A stretch of DNA of 45,001 nucleotides from Candidatus Woesebacteria bacterium (GTDB lineage: Bacteria; Patescibacteriota; Microgenomatia; UBA8517): NCBI GenBank assembly GCA_016181165.1, contig JACOZU010000005.1:1-45001 (forward strand). The letters run 5' to 3'. Positions 25,601-31,559 of this stretch are shown here, piece by piece. Made by a program: the position numbers and the translations under genes. The notes beneath the pieces are model-generated. The model ran no database searches. It was not told where the DNA came from and saw nothing but the letters and a program-made list of their open reading frames with translations. Positions within the stretch are counted from its first letter, which is position 1. The number at the start of each line of letters is the position of its first letter.

Positions 25601-25705
25601 ATTACAGACAAGGTTTATGAGCAGGCCTTTTATCTTTACAAAGATTTTCAACCAGAAGACACTTTTGTGCGACCCTTTTTGACTGCATCTTCCGCAAAAG
25701 CATGA
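22652..25705 (+). CDS. hsdR: Type I restriction endonuclease/translocase subunit
   Basis: 1017 aa. N-terminal PD-(D/E)xK (IPDLAIFINGIPVAIFELKSP). SF2 motif I (HTQGSGKSL), DEAH box (ISDEAHRSQ) and motif VI (QAIARVNRRY). Long helical C-terminal domain. Confidence 0.92.
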   Translation: MPKDINENTLAEQPVIDWLRELGYETLFSPDIAPGGAFMERNDYAEVVLEGRLRRALKRINPNIPDEGLDEVAKKIIKFEHQDVELGNKEMYGMLTNGVVVEVKDEHGDTRGKTVYPIDFKNLQNNEFLVVNQFTVQGKSVRIPDLAIFINGIPVAIFELKSPTRENATIADAFAQIHEIYKRDIPKIFFYNQFLVISDLWHAKHGTVSSSWDFFSVWKGIENEDEVHKDKSELELLTKGIFEKQRLLDLIGNFIIFEADAEKDAAKFTKKMAMYNQYFGVNKAVHNTLRAVKGNKKIGVFWHTQGSGKSLAMVFYVNKIRKLEELKGPTVLFLTDRKDLDQQLYKTFLRAGYPTAKQAESIKGLEDKIKGAGAEILFTTIQKFDIGEPLSLRENFIVISDEAHRSQYAEWAGNVRNVLPNASFMGITGTPIELNNRNTRLVFGEHISTYPIDRSVEDKVTVPIYYEGRLVPLHLLNEIIDEDIDELLIEQPEDTKESLKRKWAKLEQVVSAKDRLEKIANDIVYHFNNRGIEGKAMIVTMSRKIAVEMYKLILKMKNAPETAVVISSNKDFKEEIQKELDNKELEKRFKNPENPLEIAIVCDMWLTGFDVPHLHTMYLDKPLKGHALMQAIARVNRRYKDKEGGLIVDYIGVAENLKKALAIYTSDIQKQALVPIEEIIEKMLGHYEKVKAFFVDIDFRDWKKLSAGDQASLFQKAVNIVISDPQTGGPSTNRKKEYLEISGKLYKLLSLVMPHKQANDIREDVEFFEGVRRGIIKNTIVDPIYIGKKTETAIRDLISKSIAAEGVIDIFAQYRKEKPDISILDEKFLEDIKNAKFKNLTVETLHKLLEDELRMRERSNKLRYMSLLEKLEEIIDEYENNIINSSKVIERLIELAREVREAGLAGEDLGLTSDEVAFYDALSQGEKALKNKGLKSLVKELTKTVKRDISIDWTNHEVIKAKIRSNVRLLLLQHNFPYEEVDKITDKVYEQAFYLYKDFQPEDTFVRPFLTASSAKA

Positions 25706-25729
25706 AGGGAGAGATGGTTAAATAAGTTT

Positions 25730-25942
25730 ATGGAAATGACTCCTGAAGAATACGAAAGAAAACGCGCAGAGGGAATGAAATTTCAGGCATACCAGTTTGG
25801 AGAGATCGATAGAAATAGAAGAATTATTGATGAGATGCGGAAAGACAGACTTGTTCAGAAGAGAATTATGATTATTGCTGCAGTTTCGGCTGTTGCCGCG
25901 GTCCTAGCTGCAATTTTTAGCTTCATCACGGTTTTCCGATAA
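25730..25942 (+). CDS. small tail-anchored membrane protein (hypothetical)
   Basis: 70 aa, starting 24 nt after hsdR. Charged N-terminal part and a C-terminal TM helix (IMIIAAVSAVAAVLAAIFSFITVF). Same AT-rich composition as the island. Confidence 0.45.
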   Translation: MEMTPEEYERKRAEGMKFQAYQFGEIDRNRRIIDEMRKDRLVQKRIMIIAAVSAVAAVLAAIFSFITVFR

Positions 25943-26068
25943 GGGGCGGTAATTAAAAATAGCAAGAAAAGAATTCACCTAGTGTGAGAAAATTTGCACC
26001 CAGACTTCCTCTAAACCTCAAAAAACTGCATTGTTAGCGAGAATTTTACTATATAATCTTTCTATAGC

Positions 26069-26614
26069 ATGACGGTGAAAATTACATACTTCGTTCATGG
26101 GACAACAACTGATAACGAGAAGGGGATTTCTTCCGGCTGGCATGATGCCGGGCTTTCCGAAGTAGGAGTAAAACAGTCAATTGAGCTTAAAGAAAAAATC
26201 AAAGACCAAAAATTTGATGTGGTCTTCTGTTCCGATTTAAAAAGGGCTATGGATTCCGCAAAATTAACCTTTGAAGGAGAAGTGGAGGTCATCCCGGATG
26301 GGCGATTAAGGGAGTGTAATTACGGGAAATTTAATGGCCAACCTTCAAGTCTCGTGGAACCGATGCAGGAAAAACACATTACGGAAAGATTTCCTGAAGG
26401 TGAAAGCTACGAAGATGTTAAAGAAAGAATTGCCGACTTTCTTTCCTTTTTAAAGAAAAACTACGACGAAAAACACGTTGCGATAGTTGCCCATAAAGCG
26501 CCGCAATTGGCCCTGGACGTTATTTTAAAAAACAAAACCTGGGAGCAGGCTTTTGACGAGGATTGGAGAAAAAAGAAAGCTTGGCAACCCAGCTGGGAGT
26601 ATCTTCTAGAATAA
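26069..26614 (+). CDS. histidine phosphatase (phosphoglycerate-mutase-like) family protein
   Basis: 181 aa. YFVHGTTTDNE...GWHDAGLSEVGVKQ...FCSDLKRAMDSA follows the family layout. The canonical RHG appears here as VHG. Confidence 0.75.
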   Translation: MTVKITYFVHGTTTDNEKGISSGWHDAGLSEVGVKQSIELKEKIKDQKFDVVFCSDLKRAMDSAKLTFEGEVEVIPDGRLRECNYGKFNGQPSSLVEPMQEKHITERFPEGESYEDVKERIADFLSFLKKNYDEKHVAIVAHKAPQLALDVILKNKTWEQAFDEDWRKKKAWQPSWEYLLE

Positions 26615-26623
26615 GACACGCCT

Positions 26624-27193
26624 CTATTTAACTATCTCCAAAAACTTTTCGAGGATAATTGGGGCTTTGGTTATGCCATCCTCGCTGCTGAAATGCTTCA
26701 TTCCGTGTTCGAGGATAAATGGGCTTTCCAGATTTTTAGCCAATTCTTCTCCAAATTTAGGCGGCACCCACTCATCATCGTCGGAGTGAATAACCACAAA
26801 TTTTTTACAAGCGTTTTTTATTTTATTCCAATCGACGGGTGTTGCAAAAAAAGTTGTCAGCTCACCTTTGTATCCTTCATATTCCAAATCACGTCCAAAA
26901 CCGGCTACAAATACCACTCCACCGATTTTCTGATTTTCTTCTAATGTTTCCAGGTAACGAAGAGTTGTTATACAGCCTAAGCTGTGACAGACAAAGTAAG
27001 TGTTTTCATCCGCAGCGCCAACGGTTTGGGCAAGATAGGGTAGCCATTTATCAAAGATGGGGGTTGCGGTGTCGGGCATGGCCGGGATTATTACCTCAAA
27101 ACCCTTGCCTTCCAGCTCTTTTTTCAGCCACGGCCGCCATCCCTCTTCCAGATAACCCTCCCAGCCGTGAATTACAAATACTCTCTTTGCCAT
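26624..27193 (-). CDS. RBBP9/YdeN-type serine hydrolase (alpha/beta fold)
   Basis: 189 aa. VFVIHGWEG...WRPWLKKEL...MPD...W and the nucleophile elbow CHSLGC are typical of PF06821-type hydrolases. Confidence 0.8.
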   Translation of the reverse strand: MAKRVFVIHGWEGYLEEGWRPWLKKELEGKGFEVIIPAMPDTATPIFDKWLPYLAQTVGAADENTYFVCHSLGCITTLRYLETLEENQKIGGVVFVAGFGRDLEYEGYKGELTTFFATPVDWNKIKNACKKFVVIHSDDDEWVPPKFGEELAKNLESPFILEHGMKHFSSEDGITKAPIILEKFLEIVK

Positions 27194-27259
27194 AGCTAGA
27201 TTATAACTTATACTTCGAAATTCTTAAAAAGATCAGAATACTTACACGAGGGCTAAAAA

Positions 27260-27655
27260 CTAGTTAAGAAGGGCAATAGAAAGCTGTAAAAGGGTGGCGG
27301 TTGAGACCCAGATAAGGTAAGGGATTTGGGCCAGGGCGACCCAGCGGTAGTACTTTGAGATTACCTTCATGGCCCAGAGAATAGTTACCCAGACAATTAG
27401 GATATCGACAGTTGCCAGAGGGATATTTTTGAGACCGAAAAATATCGGCGTAAAGGCCAGATTTGCCGCCAGATTGATGATAAAGGGTAAAGCTACTTTT
27501 TTGGGAATTTTCTTTTTAAAAACTTTGTAAAAAACAAACCCAAAGCTTATGGCAATAATCGGGTAGAGTATCGTCCAGATAAGACTGATCGTTCCCGCTT
27601 CCGGAGTCCATGGAGGTTTTATAAGAGCATCGTACCAGGGCCTGAAATCAATCAT
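27260..27655 (-). CDS. tspO: TspO/MBR tryptophan-rich sensory protein, short form
   Basis: 131 aa. It starts directly at the WY..L.KP.WTP motif (RPWYDALIKPPWTPEAGTISLIWTILY) that normally follows TM1. Four TM helices are visible. Confidence 0.75.
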   Translation of the reverse strand: MIDFRPWYDALIKPPWTPEAGTISLIWTILYPIIAISFGFVFYKVFKKKIPKKVALPFIINLAANLAFTPIFFGLKNIPLATVDILIVWVTILWAMKVISKYYRWVALAQIPYLIWVSTATLLQLSIALLN

Positions 27656-27735
27656 GATCTCATTATGCCATAATTCCTCTTTCTTTACCCAAGAAAATTT
27701 TCTCCCGCGCTACGGGGGCGAAGTATAATGGATTT

Positions 27736-28011
27736 ATGGGAGATAAAAAGTATTGGTCAGGTGAGGTCACCAAGCACTCAATCGCCCTTGATTTGGAAGA
27801 GGGGGTTTTTACCTGGAATGACCCAAAGAAAATTGCCCTTTCTCTTAAGAAAAGTGCCGAAGAAAGTTTGAGAAGAAAGGCGGGTCCATTTCAATCAGCT
27901 ATGAGCATGCTCAATTTTTATATTAATCGGGCCGGTAAAAATTTACCCGCCTCGCGCCGAAAAATCCTAGAACAAGCTAAAGTCGAACTCCGCAAAGCCT
28001 TTGCAGGCTAA
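27736..28011 (+). CDS. DUF3175-like protein
   Basis: 91 aa. ALDLEEGVF...DPKKIALSLKKSAEES.RRK..PFQSAMSMLNFYINRAGKNL matches my memory of the DUF3175 consensus. Confidence 0.7.
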   Translation: MGDKKYWSGEVTKHSIALDLEEGVFTWNDPKKIALSLKKSAEESLRRKAGPFQSAMSMLNFYINRAGKNLPASRRKILEQAKVELRKAFAG

Positions 28012-28095
28012 CTTCCTATACGCTACTGGCAAAACCCGAGGGAATTTTCCAAATTTTATTGACAAAGTTATTTCCTGATTATAAACTTGATTAAA

Positions 28096-28224
28096 TTGCG
28101 ACGCTTGCATGAGAAATTACCAACCTCAAAGCCGCACGCAATCCCGAGCGAAGTCGAGGGAGAATTAAGCCACCTCAAATTGGATGGAACCGCGAGGGCT
28201 CCAATGAACCGGGTGGCATTTTTT
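28096..28224 (+). promoter_or_regulatory. compact T-box-like leader (Thr specifier ACC) with terminator-like hairpin upstream of thrS
   Basis: AAATTGGATGGAACCGCG (28177-28194) is close to the T-box consensus AAUUAGGGUGGUACCGCG. It folds as ATTGGA/TCCAAT (28179-28184 / 28200-28205) around a UGGAACC bulge. A short stem (TTGCG 28096-28100 / CGCAA 28137-28141) carries a loop with ACC-A (28119-28122). An outer GCCACC/GGTGGC stem (28169-28174 / 28212-28217) is followed by T6. A TTGACA box lies at 28059-28064. Confidence 0.5.
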
Positions 28225-28229
28225 GTAGT

Positions 28230-29453
28230 ATGGACCAAATAACCGATCATAAAAAAATAGGACAAATACAAGACCTTTTCTTGATTTCCCAAGAAGTAGG
28301 GTCCGGTTTTCCCATTTTTGCACCAAACGGATTAATCATTCGAGAGGAAATAGAAAACTACATCACCCAAGAGAAAAAAAGGCGGGGATATCTCTTTGTC
28401 TGGACCCCCCATGTGGCCAAAAGCGAACTCTATAAAAAGAGCGGCCACTGGCAAAAATTCGAGGCGATGTTTCCTCCCATCAAACTTGACGAGGAAGAAT
28501 ATGTCTTAAAACCCATGAATTGTCCTCACCATTTTCAGATTTACTTAAATCGCCCCAGAAGCTACCGGGAGCTCCCCTTAAGGATTGCCGAAAATGGAAC
28601 CGTCTACCGCTATGAAAAAAGCGGAGAGGTCAACGGGCTTCTGAGGGTCAGATCCCTTTCTATTGACGACACCCACACCTTTTTAAGACACGAGCAAATT
28701 GCGGACGAGATAGACGAAGTTCTGGATTTGGTCGAAGCAGTCTTTAAGACTTTCGGATTTAGCGACTATCGGGCCCAAATCTCGCTCAGGGACCCCAAAA
28801 ATCCCAAAAAATATCTCGGGGGCGAAAGTACCTGGAAAGGTGCCGAAGAGGCTCTAATCGCCGCCGCCAAGAAAAGAAAAATGAAGTCTTCGACCGTAGA
28901 AGGAGAAGCTGCCTTCTATGGACCGAAAATAGATTTTATGGTCAAAGACTCCCTGGGCCGCGAATGGCAATTGGCCACCTGCCAGCTCGATTTTAACCAG
29001 CCGGAAAATTTTGATATGGAATACGTAAATGAAAAAGGAGAAAAAGAAAGACCGGCAATCCTTCATATTGCGATTTTGGGTTCAATTGAAAGATTTATGG
29101 GTATTCTTATCGAACACTTTGCCGGAAGCTTTCCCGTCTGGCTTGCTCCAGTCCAAGTCAAGGTTTTACCGATTAGCGAAAAGAATTCAGAGTATGCCAG
29201 TATGGTCAATGCAAAACTTAAGGAAGAAGGAATTAGGTCGGAAGTTGATGAGAGAAGCGAGACTCTCCAGGCCAAAATTAGAGATGCTCAAACTCTGAAA
29301 ATTCCTTATATGTTAATAATTGGAGATAAAGAGGAGTCTGCCAATAAAGTTGCCGTCAGGCTTAGGGATGGGAAGGACCTCGGGCAGGTAGCTCTTAAGG
29401 ATTTTGCCGACGGAGTCAATAAGAAAATTGCAAAGAAAGAACTTTCCTTGTAG
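28230..29453 (+). CDS. thrS: threonyl-tRNA synthetase, catalytic + anticodon-binding domains only
   Basis: 407 aa beginning at DHKKIGQIQDLF, equivalent to about residue 240 of E. coli ThrRS. Class II core (YRYEKSGEVNGLLRVRS; GSIERFMGILIEH) and C-terminal anticodon-binding domain (KIPYMLIIGDKE). Confidence 0.9.
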   Translation: MDQITDHKKIGQIQDLFLISQEVGSGFPIFAPNGLIIREEIENYITQEKKRRGYLFVWTPHVAKSELYKKSGHWQKFEAMFPPIKLDEEEYVLKPMNCPHHFQIYLNRPRSYRELPLRIAENGTVYRYEKSGEVNGLLRVRSLSIDDTHTFLRHEQIADEIDEVLDLVEAVFKTFGFSDYRAQISLRDPKNPKKYLGGESTWKGAEEALIAAAKKRKMKSSTVEGEAAFYGPKIDFMVKDSLGREWQLATCQLDFNQPENFDMEYVNEKGEKERPAILHIAILGSIERFMGILIEHFAGSFPVWLAPVQVKVLPISEKNSEYASMVNAKLKEEGIRSEVDERSETLQAKIRDAQTLKIPYMLIIGDKEESANKVAVRLRDGKDLGQVALKDFADGVNKKIAKKELSL

Positions 29454-29489
29454 GTTCAGACTAGGCATGCTACAATATCTTCAATCAAG

Positions 29490-30029
29490 TTGAAAACGGG
29501 TCTACCTTATTACCGGATTAACGAAGCCATACGTGCCCCTCAGGTTCGGGTAATCGGAAGTGACGGAAAACAGCTTGGGGTTTTGTCGCGGGAAGAGGCT
29601 CTGGCTAAGGCCAAAAAAGCCAATCTGGCTTTAATAGAAATTGCTCCGAATGCCACGCCCCCCGTTGCCAAAATAATCGACCCGGGAAAATTCAAGTACC
29701 AGGAGGAAAAGAAACTTAAAAACCAAAAGAAGGCCAGGGGAGGAGAATTAAAAGAGATAAGGTTTTCCCCTTTTATAGCCGAGAACGATTATCAAATCAG
29801 GCTCGGACGGGTTAAAGAGTTTTTGGGGGAAAGAAACAAGGTCAGACTGGTGGTCGTTTTTAAGGGAAGACAAATGGGTAGTAAGCCCTTCGGATACAAT
29901 CTCTTGAAACGAATAGTCAACGAGCTTGCGGAAACAATATCGGTCGACATGGAGCCTAAATTTTTGGGAAGACAGCTGATCATGGTTGTCTCACCGGTCG
30001 GAAAGAAAAATGCCAAAACAAAAAAGTAG
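29490..30029 (+). CDS. infC: translation initiation factor IF-3 (non-AUG TTG start)
   Basis: 179 aa. YRINEAIRAPQVRVIGSDGKQLGV and the C-domain (VRLVVVFKGRQM) are IF-3 signatures. There is no in-frame ATG near the N-terminus. Confidence 0.9.
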   Translation: MKTGLPYYRINEAIRAPQVRVIGSDGKQLGVLSREEALAKAKKANLALIEIAPNATPPVAKIIDPGKFKYQEEKKLKNQKKARGGELKEIRFSPFIAENDYQIRLGRVKEFLGERNKVRLVVVFKGRQMGSKPFGYNLLKRIVNELAETISVDMEPKFLGRQLIMVVSPVGKKNAKTKK

Positions 30030-30204
30030 AAAATCGGTCCTAAGAAGGTTTAGAATCACCCCAAGAGGTAAGGTCCTCAGGCGCCAGGCGTTCAGGCGCC
30101 ACTTAAAAGCCTCCAAATCCAAAAAGAGACTTAAAAACCTTAAAAGAGTTATTGAACTTAAGGGTCACTTTGCCAAAAGAATTAGAAAATCGGTAGGTAA
30201 ATAA
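30010..30204 (+). CDS. rpmI: 50S ribosomal protein L35
   Basis: 64 aa from ATG 30010 ([25 protein letters not shown]...). Overlaps the infC 3-prime end by 20 nt. Confidence 0.9.
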   Translation: MPKQKSRKSVLRRFRITPRGKVLRRQAFRRHLKASKSKKRLKNLKRVIELKGHFAKRIRKSVGK

Positions 30205-30205
30205 T

Positions 30206-30541
30206 ATGAGAGTCAAATCGATTGCCGCCAGAAAGCACCGGAAAGTAAAAAAACTTGCCAAAGGCTTTAAGCAGGCCAGAAGAAGAAGGGTCAAAGCGGC
30301 TAAAGAGGCCTTGGCTCATGCCGGAGCCTATGCATATCACGGAAGAAAGTTAAGAAAAAGAGATATGAGGGCTCTTTGGATTACCAGAATTAATGCGGCC
30401 CTAAGGGTGGAGGGCGTCAGTTACTCACAATTCATGTCCGGACTAAAAAAGGCCAAGATTGAGCTAAATAGAAAAATTCTTGCCGATATCGCCGTCAACG
30501 ACCCTAACACTTTCAAAGCAATACTCTCTCAAGTAAAATAA
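30206..30541 (+). CDS. rplT: 50S ribosomal protein L20
   Basis: 111 aa. [20 protein letters not shown]...[24 protein letters not shown] is the L20 signature. Confidence 0.92.
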   Translation: MRVKSIAARKHRKVKKLAKGFKQARRRRVKAAKEALAHAGAYAYHGRKLRKRDMRALWITRINAALRVEGVSYSQFMSGLKKAKIELNRKILADIAVNDPNTFKAILSQVK

Positions 30542-30550
30542 GATTACTTC

Positions 30551-31540
30551 ATGAGAGAGGAAATAATCAGCATCAAAAACGAGGCGATGGCCCAGATAAT
30601 GGATGCCGACTCCTCAGCCGAACTGGAAGAACTTCGTATCTCCTACCTAGGACGGAGTGGAAAGCTAACTTCACTCATTAAGCGCCTCAAAGAAATTCCC
30701 TCCGATGAAAGAAAAGAAGTGGGAGTTCTCATTAACGACAGCAAGTCAGCGATTGAAAGCTTACTCGCCGAGCAAAAAAATAGAATCGGAGAGGTGACCA
30801 GAAAATGGTTTGACCCCACCATTCCGGGGATAGCCCCCAAAAGAGGACACCTCCATCTTATTACCAAAGCCATCAAAGAAATTTCAAGAACCTTTGAACA
30901 AATAGGCTTTGTCAGGGTTCGCTACCCCGAGGTTGAATGGGACTTCTTTGCTTTTGAAGGACTCAATATGCCGAAAGGCGATATGTCCCCTCATCCCAAA
31001 TACGGACAAATTGTCTTAACTCCCCATACTTCCTCGGGTCAGATTAGAGAGATGAAGCGGGTCAAAACTCCCCCCATAAGAATGATTAATATTGCCAAGT
31101 GTTATAGACGCCAGATTGATGCCTCGCACGTTCCCATGTTTCACCAGTTTGAGGGACTGGTTATTGATAAAGGAATTTCAATTGCGCACCTTAAGGGAAC
31201 TCTCGATTATTTCGCCAGAAACTTCTTCGGTCCGCAAAGAAAAACCCGCTTAAGACCCTTTCATTTCCAGTTCACTGAGCCTTCATTTGAGGTCGATATT
31301 ACCTGCGGTATTTGTTTGGGGAAGGGCTGTAAAGTCTGTAAAAGAGGCTGGCTTGAGTTAGGAGGAGCCGGAATGGTCCACCCGACGGTTCTTACAAACG
31401 GAGGGATAGACCCCAAGGTATATTCGGGCTTTGCCTTCGGCTGGGGGGTTGAGAGGACCTATATGATGAAATCCGGTCTTTCAATTCCCGACATCAGACT
31501 CCTTTATAGTTCGGATCTTAAGTTTTTGAGGCAATTTTGA
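30551..31540 (+). CDS. pheS: phenylalanyl-tRNA synthetase alpha subunit
   Basis: 329 aa. Class II motifs (RPFHFQFTEPSFEVD; GFAFGWGVER) and MFHQFEGLVID. Contains a CxxC...CxxC insertion. The region equivalent to the HPAR...DTFW segment is shortened and divergent. Confidence 0.9.
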   Translation: MREEIISIKNEAMAQIMDADSSAELEELRISYLGRSGKLTSLIKRLKEIPSDERKEVGVLINDSKSAIESLLAEQKNRIGEVTRKWFDPTIPGIAPKRGHLHLITKAIKEISRTFEQIGFVRVRYPEVEWDFFAFEGLNMPKGDMSPHPKYGQIVLTPHTSSGQIREMKRVKTPPIRMINIAKCYRRQIDASHVPMFHQFEGLVIDKGISIAHLKGTLDYFARNFFGPQRKTRLRPFHFQFTEPSFEVDITCGICLGKGCKVCKRGWLELGGAGMVHPTVLTNGGIDPKVYSGFAFGWGVERTYMMKSGLSIPDIRLLYSSDLKFLRQF

Positions 31541-31559
31541 GCGGTAATCCGCTGGTTCT

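Noticed and set aside
17290-26060. Calling the R-M island a mobile element
   Set aside because: I found no integrase, transposase or recombinase gene, no flanking direct or inverted repeats, and no adjacent tRNA attachment site. Only the compositional shift supports horizontal origin.
28068-28292. 74-aa minus-strand ORF across the thrS upstream region
   Set aside because: It overlaps the T-box-like leader and the thrS start codon. The structured RNA elements on the plus strand explain the sequence conservation pattern better.
31290-31350. CxxC...CxxC insertion (CGICLGKGCKVC) in PheS as a novel zinc ribbon
   Set aside because: From memory, a similar cysteine cluster occurs at this position in many bacterial PheS proteins (for example in Firmicutes), so it is not unusual.
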